The notes beneath the pieces were generated by a model that was not told where the DNA came from, searched no databases, and saw only the letters and a program-made list of their open reading frames with translations. This document shows, piece by piece, positions 17,181 to 26,026 of a stretch of DNA of 32,000 bases. The first letter of the stretch is position 1, and each line of letters opens with the position of its first letter. Position numbers and translations under genes: made by a program. Origin of the DNA: Gemmata obscuriglobus (GTDB lineage Bacteria > Planctomycetota > Planctomycetia > Gemmatales > Gemmataceae); assembly GCF_008065095.1 (NCBI RefSeq), contig NZ_CP042911.1, forward strand, positions 5,550,001-5,582,000. Direction: 5' to 3'.

Positions 17181-18062
17181 ATGACGAGTGACACCTTTAC
17201 CATCGCCGCCGTGCAGATGAGGATCAGCCCGGACCGCGACGCCAACCTCGCCAACGCGGAACGCGCCATCGCCGAGGCCGCCCGGCAGGGCGCGCAGGTG
17301 GTGTGCCTGCCGGAGCTGTTCACCGGCCACTACTTCTGCCAGAAGGAAGACATCTCCCTGTTCGACCTCGCGGAACCGATCCCCGGGCCGAGCGAGGACC
17401 GGCTGGCGAAAGCGGCCAAGGCGAACAAGGTCGTTGTGGTGGGGTCGCTGTTCGAGAAGCGGATGGCCGGGGTGTACCACAACACCGCGACGGTCCACGA
17501 CGCGAGCGGCCAGTTGCTGGGCATCTACCGCAAGATGCACATCCCGGACGACCCGCTGTTCCTGGAGAAGTTCTATTTCACCCCCGGGGACCTCGGGTTC
17601 AAGGTGTTCCCCACACCCGCGGCGAAGGTGGGCACCCTCGTGTGCTGGGACCAGTGGTATCCGGAGGCGGCGCGGCTCACCGCGCTCCAGGGCGCGGAGG
17701 TGATCTTCTACCCGACCGCGATCGGCTGGCACCCGCGCGAGAAGGAGGAGTTCGGGGCCGCGCAGCACTCCGCCTGGGAGACGAGCATGCGGGGCCACGC
17801 GATCGCCAACGGCACCTACGTGTGCGCGGTCAACCGCGTCGGGCACGAGGTCATCGTGGGCGAGGGGCTGGAGTTCTGGGGCGGATCGTTCGTCAGCGAC
17901 CCGTTCGGGCGAGTGCTGAAAAAGGCCAGCTCCGACAAGGAAGAGATCCTGGTGGTGACGTGCGAGCGAAAGCTGATGGAAGACGTGCGCCGCAACTGGC
18001 CGTTCTTCCGCGACCGCCGCATCGACGCTTACAGCAACATCACCAAGCGCGTCGCGGACTGA
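17181..18062 (+). CDS. aguB: N-carbamoylputrescine amidase (carbon-nitrogen hydrolase family)
   Basis: Contains the nitrilase-superfamily triad context (CLPELF; [22 protein letters not shown]; [13 protein letters not shown]) and the AguB-typical C-terminus [15 protein letters not shown]. Confidence 0.8.
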   Translation: MTSDTFTIAAVQMRISPDRDANLANAERAIAEAARQGAQVVCLPELFTGHYFCQKEDISLFDLAEPIPGPSEDRLAKAAKANKVVVVGSLFEKRMAGVYHNTATVHDASGQLLGIYRKMHIPDDPLFLEKFYFTPGDLGFKVFPTPAAKVGTLVCWDQWYPEAARLTALQGAEVIFYPTAIGWHPREKEEFGAAQHSAWETSMRGHAIANGTYVCAVNRVGHEVIVGEGLEFWGGSFVSDPFGRVLKKASSDKEEILVVTCERKLMEDVRRNWPFFRDRRIDAYSNITKRVAD

Positions 18063-18165
18063 CCCCGCCGTTCCCATTTCCACAGCAGGGAAAGGGGGGC
18101 AGGCGTTACAGGCGCCTGCCTCGGCCCCGGAACCTGACTTCACTCTCCCGATGCGAGGTTCATTC

Positions 18166-20436
18166 ATGCGATACCGGCTCCTCCCCGCAGTCGCCCTGCT
18201 GCTCTGCTCCCCGGTCGTGGGCGCCGACTGGAAGCCCGCGCCCGCCCCGCTGATGACCAAGTGGGGCAAGAAGGTGACCCCCGAAAACACCTGGAAGGAG
18301 TACCCGCGCCCGCAACTGGTCCGCAAGGAGTGGCAGAACCTCAACGGGCTCTGGGACTACGCGATCACCAAGAAGGACGCCCCGAAACCCGAGACGTGGG
18401 ACGGCAAAATCCTGGTCCCGTTCTGCGCCGAGAGCGCGCTCAGCGGGGTGGGCAAACCGGTCGGGCCGGACGACCGGCTCTGGTACCGCCGCGAGATCGA
18501 CGCGAGCGCCTGGAAGGGCCGGCGGGTGATGGTCCACTTCGGCGCGGTGGACTGGCAGGCGACGGTGTGGCTGAACGGTAAACCGCTCGGAACCCACACC
18601 GGCGGAAACGACCCCTTCTCGTTCGACATCACCGACGCCCTCAAGGACGGTAGTGGTGAACTGGTCGTTCAGGTCTACGACCCGACCGACTCCGCGACCC
18701 AGCCGCGCGGCAAGCAGATCCGCAACCCGCACGGCATCTGGTACACGCCGGTAACCGGCATATGGCAGACGGCCTGGATGGAGCCGGTCGCGAGCGACGC
18801 GCACATCCGCGGCGTCCGCGTCACGCCCGACATCGACAAGGGCGAAGTGGAGTTCGTCGTCGACGCCGTCGGGATGGGTAGTACGGTGGACATCGGGGAC
18901 AAGACGGACACCGGGGTGAAGGTGCGCGCGACCGGCAAGCCCGGCGAGCCGATCCGGCTGAAGGTGGAGAACCCCAAACTGTGGACGCCCGATTCGCCGC
19001 ACCTCTACGACGTCACGGTCCTGCTCCACTCGGACGCACGTGACAGTACAATCGCCGACACCGTGACCACCTACTTTGCGATGCGCAAGATCAGCGCGGC
19101 GAAGGACGACAAGGGCGTGCTGCGGCTGATGCTCAACAACAAGCCGCTGTTCCAGTACGGGCCGCTGGACCAGGGCTGGTGGCCGGACGGGCTGCTCACC
19201 CCGCCGTCCGACGAGGCCATGAAGTACGACCTCGAGGTGCTGAAGAAGCTCGGCTTCAACATGCTCCGTAAGCACATCAAGGTCGAGCCGGCCCGCTACT
19301 ACCGGTACTGCGACGAGATGGGGCTGCTCGTGTGGCAGGACATGCCCAGCGGCGGCGTGCCGTCGCGCGGCCATCTCATCCCCCCGGGCGCGAAGGAGGA
19401 CGCGAAGTTCGCCGACGCCGAGAAGAAGGTGTTCCGCGACGAACTCAAGGCGATGATCGACCACCTCCGGTTCTTCCCGTCCATCGTCGTGTGGGTGCCG
19501 TTCAACGAGGGCTGGGGCCAGCACGACACCAACGACATCCTGAAGTGGACGAAGCAGTACGACCCGACCCGGCTCGTCAACGGCCCGAGCGGCTGGGAGG
19601 ACCGCGGGTTCGGCGACATGAAGGACGCGCACATCTACCCGGGGCCGGGGATGTTCCCCGTGATGCCGGACCGCGTCAGCGTGCTCGGCGAGTTCGGTGG
19701 CCTGGGGCTGCCCGTGCCGGGGCACCTGTGGAAGAACACCAACAATTGGGGGTACCGCACCTACAAGACCGAACAGGAGCTGCGCGACAACTACCGGGTC
19801 CTCATGCGCCGGCTGCACCCGCTCGTCGGCAAGGGGCTCGCCGCGGCGGTCTACACCCAAACCACCGACGTCGAAGTCGAGGTGAACGGCTTCATCACCT
19901 ACGACCGCGAGGTCATCAAGTTCGATGTCGCGGAGACGGCCAAGTGGCACAAGGCCCTGTACGACCCGGCGCCCGAATTGCGGGACATCGTCCCGACCTC
20001 CGAGGGAACGCCCCAGAAGTGGCGGTTCACCACCGACAAGCCCGCCGCCGGCTGGGAGAAGCCCGACTTCGACGCCGCGAAGTGGACCGAGGCGAATGCG
20101 GGGTTCGGCACCAAGGGCACGCCCGGTGGCGTGATCCGCACCGAGTGGAAGACCAACGACATCTGGCTCCGCCGCGCCTTCGACCTGAAGGAACTGCCGG
20201 CCGGCGAAATGCAGCTCAGCGTACACCACGATGAAGATGTGGAGGTGTACATCAACGGCGTGCTGGCGCTCCGGGCGTCCGGGTTCACGACCGGCTACAC
20301 CGAGTACGACCTCACACCGGAAGGGCGCAAGGCGCTGAAGGCCGGGACGAACGTGATCGCGGTTCGCTGCAAGCAGACCGGCGGCGGGCAGTACATCGAC
20401 GCCGGGTTGGTCGAATTCGTCCCGCCGAAGAAGTAA
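18166..20436 (+). CDS. Secreted glycoside hydrolase family 2 protein with an extra C-terminal galactose-binding-like domain
   Basis: Signal peptide MRYRLLPAVALLLCSPVVGA from the ATG at 18166. GH2 sugar-binding block: WYRREIDA..WKGRRVMVHFGAVDWQATVWLNGKPLGTHTGGNDPFSFDIT. TIM-barrel blocks: FNMLRKHIKVEP..YY.CDEMGLLVWQDMP and VVWVPFNEGWGQ. The last ~130 aa resemble a further jelly-roll carbohydrate-binding module. Confidence 0.85.
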   Translation: MRYRLLPAVALLLCSPVVGADWKPAPAPLMTKWGKKVTPENTWKEYPRPQLVRKEWQNLNGLWDYAITKKDAPKPETWDGKILVPFCAESALSGVGKPVGPDDRLWYRREIDASAWKGRRVMVHFGAVDWQATVWLNGKPLGTHTGGNDPFSFDITDALKDGSGELVVQVYDPTDSATQPRGKQIRNPHGIWYTPVTGIWQTAWMEPVASDAHIRGVRVTPDIDKGEVEFVVDAVGMGSTVDIGDKTDTGVKVRATGKPGEPIRLKVENPKLWTPDSPHLYDVTVLLHSDARDSTIADTVTTYFAMRKISAAKDDKGVLRLMLNNKPLFQYGPLDQGWWPDGLLTPPSDEAMKYDLEVLKKLGFNMLRKHIKVEPARYYRYCDEMGLLVWQDMPSGGVPSRGHLIPPGAKEDAKFADAEKKVFRDELKAMIDHLRFFPSIVVWVPFNEGWGQHDTNDILKWTKQYDPTRLVNGPSGWEDRGFGDMKDAHIYPGPGMFPVMPDRVSVLGEFGGLGLPVPGHLWKNTNNWGYRTYKTEQELRDNYRVLMRRLHPLVGKGLAAAVYTQTTDVEVEVNGFITYDREVIKFDVAETAKWHKALYDPAPELRDIVPTSEGTPQKWRFTTDKPAAGWEKPDFDAAKWTEANAGFGTKGTPGGVIRTEWKTNDIWLRRAFDLKELPAGEMQLSVHHDEDVEVYINGVLALRASGFTTGYTEYDLTPEGRKALKAGTNVIAVRCKQTGGGQYIDAGLVEFVPPKK

Positions 20437-20448
20437 CCGACAGCACGA

Positions 20449-20494
20449 TCGTGTCTTGCGTGCGGGCCGCGAACGGCCCGCACGCAAGACACGA
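20449..20494. terminator. 21-bp perfect stem-loop just after the GH2 stop, between convergent genes
   Basis: TCGTGTCTTGCGTGCGGGCCG-cgaa-CGGCCCGCACGCAAGACACGA, verified base by base. A moderately T-rich stretch follows on the + strand. Confidence 0.6.
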
Positions 20495-20533
20495 CTCATT
20501 TGCGGTCTGTTGATATCTCTTTTGGCTGTTGTC

Positions 20534-20597
20534 GTGGCACAGACATTCCTGTCTGTGCAGCCTTCTCACGCTGCACAGACAGGAATGTCTGTGCCAC
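20534..20597. repeat. 27-bp perfect inverted repeat whose arms are themselves hairpins (nested palindrome, REP-like)
   Basis: GTGGCACAGACATTCCTGTCTGTGCAG (20534-20560), loop ccttctcacg, then CTGCACAGACAGGAATGTCTGTGCCAC (20571-20597). Each arm contains CACAGACA-nnnn-TGTCTGTG. Confidence 0.9.
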
Positions 20598-20623
20598 AAG
20601 AAGCAGACAAAACCAGCCGTGAA

Positions 20624-21865
20624 TCAGAACCGTCGGAGCGAGTACGGGGCCGGGTCGATGTGCGTCTTCCCGCCCCCCAGCATTTCGGCCACCAGCTTCC
20701 CGGTGGCGGTCGCCATCGAGAGCCCGAGCATGTTGTGCCCGGCGGCGATCAGAACGTTGCTCATGGCCGGTGCGAAGTCGATCACCGGAACGCTGTCGTA
20801 AGTCATCGGCCGCCAGCCCCACCACTCCTCTTGCACCGGTTCCGCCAGCGGGTCGCGAAGGTACAGCTTCGCCCCCTCCGTCAGCAGTGACAGGCGGGAC
20901 CGGTTCAGCGACTCGTCGTAGCCCCCGAACTCCATCGTGGAGCCCAGGCGGTAGCCGCTCGCGAACGGCGTGACCGCCACCCGGTGTTCCTCGAAAATGA
21001 GCGGGTACTTCGGGCACACCGCCGGGCGCGGCATGGTGATCGAGTACCCCTTCCCAGGCTGGATCGGCACCCGGCACCCGAGTTCCGCGTTGAGCTTCGG
21101 GGTCCACGCGCCGGTCGCGATCACGAACTGGTCCGCGGCAACCTCACCGGAAGCGGTTTTGACCGCCGCCACCGTGCCGTTCCCCTTCACGAATCCCGTG
21201 AAGGCACAGTTCTCGCGGATCTCGACGCCGAGGCCCGTGAGCACGCGCTTCAGCTCGCTCATCAGCCGGTCGGGCCGCAGGTGCGCGTCGGATTCGTAGA
21301 GGTAACCGCCGGCCTGACCGGGGTTGAGGGCCGGTTCGAGTGCGGCGAGAGCCGCGGAATCGAGTGGGCGCGCGGGCATGTTGAACTCGCGCGCGAGCAT
21401 TTCGTTCGTGTGGGCGTAGTGTTCGAAGTGCTTCGGCGTCCGGAACACGAAGAGTAGCCCCTTCGTTTCCCACTCGCACTCCAGCCGCTCCGTTTCGACC
21501 AGTTGCTCGAACAGGGACCGCGACGAGTTCAGCAGCGCCTGGATGGCCCGGCCGGCGGCCATCATGTCGCGCGTATTGCACCGCCGCGCGAACCCGAGGA
21601 ACCAGCCGAGGTTGGCGAGCGCCACGCCCGGGCGCACTTTGAGCGGCGAGTTCCGCTGGAACAGCGTTTTCAGCGTGGACCCGATCGCCCCCGGCCCGGC
21701 GAACGGCAGCACGTGACTCGGGGACACGTACCCACAGTTCGCGTGCGAGCTGCCCGAGCCGAAGCCCTTCTGCTCGACGATCACGACCTGTTTCCCGGCC
21801 TTCGCCAGCGCGTACGCACTGCACGCCCCGACGACCCCGCCGCCCACAACAACCACACGCCGCAT
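20624..21865 (-). CDS. FAD-dependent oxidoreductase, DAO / D-amino-acid dehydrogenase-like
   Basis: The N-terminus MRRVVVVGGGVVGACSAYALAKAGKQVVIVEQ is a GxGxxG FAD fold, and SHANCGYVSP with overall length fits the DadA/DAO family. The ATG at 21865 is preferred over the listed start at 21886. Confidence 0.8.
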   Translation of the reverse strand: MRRVVVVGGGVVGACSAYALAKAGKQVVIVEQKGFGSGSSHANCGYVSPSHVLPFAGPGAIGSTLKTLFQRNSPLKVRPGVALANLGWFLGFARRCNTRDMMAAGRAIQALLNSSRSLFEQLVETERLECEWETKGLLFVFRTPKHFEHYAHTNEMLAREFNMPARPLDSAALAALEPALNPGQAGGYLYESDAHLRPDRLMSELKRVLTGLGVEIRENCAFTGFVKGNGTVAAVKTASGEVAADQFVIATGAWTPKLNAELGCRVPIQPGKGYSITMPRPAVCPKYPLIFEEHRVAVTPFASGYRLGSTMEFGGYDESLNRSRLSLLTEGAKLYLRDPLAEPVQEEWWGWRPMTYDSVPVIDFAPAMSNVLIAAGHNMLGLSMATATGKLVAEMLGGGKTHIDPAPYSLRRF

Positions 21866-21985
21866 ACGCCCTCCACAACACGCCAAGAGTTTCCGACGGG
21901 CTCACGGGACGAACGCGCGGACCGTCTCCACAGATCTTTCTATCCTGTGGCCCGTCGAAAGCTCACATCTTCCGGGCTCGGCGGG

Positions 21986-23593
21986 TCACTTCTTCGGCCG
22001 CGGCTGGGTGGTGTACGGCGCCTCGTCCGTGCGGAACGGGGTCGCCGGCAGCCCTTCCTTGTTGAAGAAGTTGAGCGTCGGCTTAGCGAAGTTCACCCAC
22101 CCGTAGCGCACCGCGACCGGTTCCGGCACCAGCTCGCTGCTGAGCACCACCGTGTCGTCCTTGATCGCGGCCTTGGCGGGAACGAACTTCCCGTCCTTGC
22201 CGGCGACCTGGAAGCCCACGAGGTCGCCGTCCTTCGCGACCAGCCCGCTGCCGACGTTGTCAAACGTCAGGGTGGCGGCGCCGCTCGCGTACTTCACGTC
22301 CTTGAGCGTCGGCCCGTAGTACACGATCTTCTTGCCGTACTCGATCCCGAGCGCCGCCAGCGCGAGCCGCTCGCCCACCGGCTGCTTCGGCTTCGGGTGG
22401 ATGTCGGTCTCGTTACCGACGTCGGTGATGACCGCGATGCCGGTCTTCGGGAGCGCCTTGGTGGCGTACAGTTGCGCGTCGCGGAGTTCGGCGTAATCGA
22501 CCCCACTGGCGCCGCCCCGGAACGGGGCCAGTTGCACCAGCATGAACGGCAGCTCGCAGTTGAACTGTTTGCGCCAGTCCTTAATCATTGCCGTGAACAG
22601 CGTGCGGTACTCGAACGCCTTGCCCGCGTTCGACTCGCCCTGGTACCAGATCGCGCCCTTCACCTTGAAGTTCAGCAGCGGGTAAATCATCGCGTTGTAG
22701 AGCACACCCGGGGTGCCCGGCCCGAGCGCGGGCGGGGTGGCGCCGGGCTTGGTCGGCTCCTTCGGGACCGGCTTACCGGCCGCCTTCAGCTTGTCCGCGT
22801 TCTCCTTCCACTTGGCGAGCGACGTATCGTAATCGGCCTGGGCCTTCTTCGCGTCGTAGTTCTCGTACCCCTTCACCGCGGCGCGGGCGGAGTCGGCGTA
22901 GTACTTCAGGCTCGGGTCGGCGTCGAGCGCTTCGAGGCTGGCCCACGCCTGCGCCGGGGTCCCGCCCCACGAGGTGTGGATCAGCCCGACCGGCACGCCG
23001 AGTTCCTTCTGGAGCTTCTGGCCGAAGTGGTACGCCACGGCCGAGAAGCCGCCCACGGTGTCCGGCCCGCTGACCGACCACTTGGTGAAGTGCTTGAGGT
23101 CGTTCTGGTCCTGGATCGGGTGCGGCGCGGTGCGCTTCTGCACGGTGAACAACCGCAGGTTCGGGTTTTCGGCGCCCTTCTTCACGTCCTCGGGCGACTC
23201 GCCGGCGTTGACCGACCATTCCATGTTGGACTGGCCGGAGCACACCCACACCTCGCCCACCGCGACGTTCTTCAGTTCAACGGTGTTGGTGCCCTTGATC
23301 GCCAGCGTGAAGCCGGTGCCGGCGGTCTGCTTCGGCAGCTTGACGACCCACTTGCCGTCCTTGTCGGCCGCGACGCTCGAAGCGGCGGCGGAGGCCTGCC
23401 CGGGCGCCTGCCGGGTGAGCTTGACTTCGACCTGTTCGCCGGCCCCGGCGGTGCCCCAGACGGTCAGCTCGGTGCCCTGCTGGAGCACCATGTTGTCGGA
23501 GAAGATCGGGTGCGGTTTAACGTCGGCGCGGGCGGTGCCCAGCGCGAGCACGCTCACCGAAACGGTGAGCAGCGCGGCCTTGAACGAGCGCAT
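21986..23593 (-). CDS. Secreted SGNH-type sialate O-acetylesterase-like protein
   Basis: Signal peptide MRSFKAALLTVSVSVLALGTARA (ATG at 23593). VGEVWVCSGQSNMEW is the GQSNM nucleophile block of the sialic-acid 9-O-acetylesterase family, and WYQGESN is a second conserved block. Confidence 0.8.
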   Translation of the reverse strand: MRSFKAALLTVSVSVLALGTARADVKPHPIFSDNMVLQQGTELTVWGTAGAGEQVEVKLTRQAPGQASAAASSVAADKDGKWVVKLPKQTAGTGFTLAIKGTNTVELKNVAVGEVWVCSGQSNMEWSVNAGESPEDVKKGAENPNLRLFTVQKRTAPHPIQDQNDLKHFTKWSVSGPDTVGGFSAVAYHFGQKLQKELGVPVGLIHTSWGGTPAQAWASLEALDADPSLKYYADSARAAVKGYENYDAKKAQADYDTSLAKWKENADKLKAAGKPVPKEPTKPGATPPALGPGTPGVLYNAMIYPLLNFKVKGAIWYQGESNAGKAFEYRTLFTAMIKDWRKQFNCELPFMLVQLAPFRGGASGVDYAELRDAQLYATKALPKTGIAVITDVGNETDIHPKPKQPVGERLALAALGIEYGKKIVYYGPTLKDVKYASGAATLTFDNVGSGLVAKDGDLVGFQVAGKDGKFVPAKAAIKDDTVVLSSELVPEPVAVRYGWVNFAKPTLNFFNKEGLPATPFRTDEAPYTTQPRPKK

Positions 23594-23684
23594 GTGACGA
23601 GGCTCCAGTGGTGCGAGAGGGAAGCCGGAAGGTAGGCGCACGACAGATTAAACCGCCGCGCGCCGAAAGGCAATCGGGCGCGCC

Positions 23685-25103
23685 TCAAATCGCCGCCTCG
23701 GCCGCGCGGCGCATCGCGCCCCAGGTCGTCGCAACATCGTCCCATTGGGTCGTCAGCCCGGCGATCGACACCCGCACCATCCACCGCCCGCCGAGGACGG
23801 CCGGGGTGAGGTACGCCAGTCCGGAGGCGTTCACGCGCTCGCACCAGGCGCGGGTGTGCGCGTCGAGTGTATCGCCTTCCAACCCCGGCGGTTCGTGGCG
23901 CACACAAACGGTCTGGAGCGGCGCCGGTGCGACCACCTTCCAGTTCGGGGTTTGTGCCACCTCGTCCGCGAACCGCCGCGCGTACCCCATGTCGCGCCGC
24001 AGCCGCGTCTGGAGCCCCGACACCCCTTCGCCGCGGATCAGGCACCACAGCTTGAGCGCGCGGAACCGGCGGCCCAGCGCGATGCCCCAGTCGCGGTAGT
24101 TGGGCGCCTTGCCGTCGGCCGCCGTGCGCAAGTAACTCGGGCTCGTGGACATCACCCGGATGAGGTGCTGCGGGTCGCGGACGTAGTACAGCGAGCAGTC
24201 GAACACCGCCCCGAGCCACTTGTGCGGGTTGAGCACCAGCGAATCCGCGCCCTCGACGCCGTCCCACATCCACCGGCACTCCGGCAGGATCATCGCCGAG
24301 CCGGCCATTGCCGCATCCACGTGGACCCAGAGGTTGTACCGCGAAGCGACCGCGCAAACGGCCTTCACCGGATCGAGCGCCGTCGATGCGGTGGTGCCCG
24401 TCGTGGCGACCACCGCGCACGGCACCTTCCCCGCGGCTACATCCTCGCGGACGAGCGATTCCAGCGCGTCGGGGCGCATCGCGAACGACTCATCGACAGG
24501 CACCACCCGGAGGTTGTCGCGACCGAACCCGGCCAGCAGCGCCGCCTTCTCGACGGAGCTGTGGCTCTGGCTCGAAACGTACACCGTGAGCGGCTTCGGT
24601 TCCGCCTGGAGCCCGCCGCGGCCGAGGGAGAAGTTCGTCGCGCGCTCGCGGGCGCAGAGCAGCGCCAGGAGGGTGGCCGTGGACGCGGTGTCCTGAATCA
24701 CCCCGCTCCACGCCGGCGACAGCCCGACCATCTGCCGCACCCACTCGCAGGACACCTCTTCGAGTTCGGTGAGCGCGGGGCTGGACTGCCAGTTCAGCCC
24801 GAGTTGCCCGAGTCCGGCGGCGAGCATGTCGCCGAGGATGCTGGCGGGCGCGTCGTTGGACGGGAAGTAGCCGAAGAACCGCGGGTGCTGCCAGTGCGTG
24901 AGCCCCGGTTGAAGCACGGCGTCCAGGTCGCGCATGACCGCGCTGAATGGCTCGGCGTCGCTCGGCGGTTCGGTGGGAAGTTGGCCCTTGATGGCACCGG
25001 GTTCGGTAGTCGCGCGCACCGGCCGCGCAGCGATGCCCGCGTGATAATCCGCGATCCAGTCGATCAGCGCATGGCCGTAGGTGCGGAATTCGTCGTTCGT
25101 CAT
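23685..25103 (-). CDS. Pyridoxal-phosphate-dependent group II decarboxylase (aromatic-L-amino-acid / tyrosine decarboxylase-like)
   Basis: HWQHPRFFGYFPSN, SSPALTELEEV, VSSQSHSSVEKA and the PLP-lysine block LVLNPHKWLGAVFDCS are characteristic of DDC-type enzymes. The ATG at 25103 (MTNDEFR) is preferred. Confidence 0.9.
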   Translation of the reverse strand: MTNDEFRTYGHALIDWIADYHAGIAARPVRATTEPGAIKGQLPTEPPSDAEPFSAVMRDLDAVLQPGLTHWQHPRFFGYFPSNDAPASILGDMLAAGLGQLGLNWQSSPALTELEEVSCEWVRQMVGLSPAWSGVIQDTASTATLLALLCARERATNFSLGRGGLQAEPKPLTVYVSSQSHSSVEKAALLAGFGRDNLRVVPVDESFAMRPDALESLVREDVAAGKVPCAVVATTGTTASTALDPVKAVCAVASRYNLWVHVDAAMAGSAMILPECRWMWDGVEGADSLVLNPHKWLGAVFDCSLYYVRDPQHLIRVMSTSPSYLRTAADGKAPNYRDWGIALGRRFRALKLWCLIRGEGVSGLQTRLRRDMGYARRFADEVAQTPNWKVVAPAPLQTVCVRHEPPGLEGDTLDAHTRAWCERVNASGLAYLTPAVLGGRWMVRVSIAGLTTQWDDVATTWGAMRRAAEAAI

Positions 25104-25525
25104 GACACACCCGTCAATGGAGAGGTCGTAAGTCGAAGCCAGACGCCGCAAGGTCCACGCACTCAGCCGCCGGAGGCGGGTCCGTTACCACAACTTTCTA
25201 CCGCTCCTGGTAGTTCCGGAAGTCCGAACTACTTCCGGCCAGCCAATCGGAGCAGCAGAGCCGCGACTCACACGGGAGCAACGGTCCCACCGTCACGAGC
25301 AAAACACTTCCACAACCATTTCCATCACAACACGTTACAGCACATTTCCCCACGAAAACGGACCGGATTTCGAGTTGATTCCGATAGCGAAAATCGAGGT
25401 CCAATCGCGTGATTCGGAGGGAGCAAATGACCCAGCCCGTGACCAGCCGAACGCTAGCGAAGTGGTAGTCGGTGACCCGTCGCCGTCCAGTTCGTCGCGG
25501 TTGGTGCGCGGGTGTCGACGTTTCA

Positions 25526-25591
25526 CACCCGCCTGCGTCAGCAGGCGGTTCGTCGAGGTTTGGTCGAACCGCCTGCGTCAGCAGGCGGGTG
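25526..25591. repeat. Composite palindromic element: two copies of the hairpin CCGCCTGC-gtca-GCAGGCGG inside inverted termini CACCCGCC / GGCGGGTG
   Basis: Read directly. The local hairpins are at 25529-25548 and 25569-25588. The outer arms pair except at the 4-nt hairpin loops. It belongs to the same family as 29377-29442. Confidence 0.85.
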
Positions 25592-25635
25592 TGGGTTACA
25601 AGCGCCGAACGGAGAACAACCGAAACTGCGAAAAC

Positions 25636-25667
25636 GAACACGCCGCGAGCTTGCTCGCGGCGTGTTC
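25636..25667. repeat. 15-bp perfect palindrome GAACACGCCGCGAGC-tt-GCTCGCGGCGTGTTC
   Basis: Verified base by base. It lies inside a promoter-side (divergent) intergenic region, so a simple terminator role is not obvious. Confidence 0.7.
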
Positions 25668-25717
25668 CCGGGTTGCTCCACTTCTCAACCTGTGGTGCGG
25701 AGCGCTCACGGCACCGC

Positions 25718-25802
25718 CCGGCCGGGTCACCCGGTCGGACAATCGGAACCACGAATTGCGGGGTTGTACCAGACCGATTGTCCGACCGGGTGACCCGGCC
25801 GG
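25718..25802. repeat. 29-bp perfect inverted repeat with a 27-nt loop; arms contain the nested hairpin CCGGG-tca-CCCGG
   Basis: CCGGCCGGGTCACCCGGTCGGACAATCGG (25718-25746) and CCGATTGTCCGACCGGGTGACCCGGCCGG (25774-25802), verified base by base. Confidence 0.9.
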
Positions 25803-26026
25803 ATAGCGGTGCTGGAACAGCGCTCCCCGCGCGGGGTGTGAAGGCAGTTGCTCGGACGACGCAACATCGTCCTGTCGCAGAGCGACGAGCTGAAGCAACC
25901 CGGTTGGTACGCAGTGAAGATACCCGCCCGCCCGGCGGCGGCAATCTCGGGTGCGTGCGAATTGCAGCTTGCGAGCGTGCTGTAACCGCGACACAATCAC
26001 TCTCCCACCCACGAGGCCCTACCACC

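Noticed and set aside
15301-17184. 627-aa plus-strand ORF antisense to acs
   Set aside because: acs is unmistakable on the minus strand, so the antisense frame is a GC-content artefact.
18098-18120. 8-bp hairpin (GGCAGGCG...CGCCTGCC) between aguB and the GH2 gene as an attenuator or riboswitch
   Set aside because: It has a short stem, no U-tract and no recognisable riboswitch core. At most it is a weak terminator for aguB, which is not enough to report as a feature.
18160-20499. 779-aa minus-strand ORF antisense to the GH2 gene
   Set aside because: Same artefact. The plus-strand product has clear GH2 blocks and a signal peptide, whereas the antisense product is a low-complexity R/G/V/P-rich sequence.
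21503-23635. 710-aa plus-strand ORF overlapping the esterase and flavoprotein genes
   Set aside because: It is antisense to two well-supported genes and has an Arg/Leu/Gly-rich composition with no motifs.
25541-25556. tRNA T-loop-like GGTTCG strings (also at 29398-29405)
   Set aside because: Both lie inside the palindromic repeat family and lack acceptor, D and anticodon arms. Scanning by eye, I found no GGTTCGAATCC-type T-arm in a tRNA-like context anywhere in the window.
25526-25802. Possible CRISPR array (repeated units of about 20-30 nt); also considered for 27533-27615
   Set aside because: The repeats are inverted rather than regularly spaced direct repeats. There are only two or three copies, no uniform spacers and no cas genes in the window.
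25472-26026. 185-codon N-terminal extension of the SMP-30::DUF1080 ORF
   Set aside because: The extension is a read-through of the palindromic repeats (HPPASAGGSS..., GRVTRSDN...). A proper signal peptide begins at the ATG at 26027.
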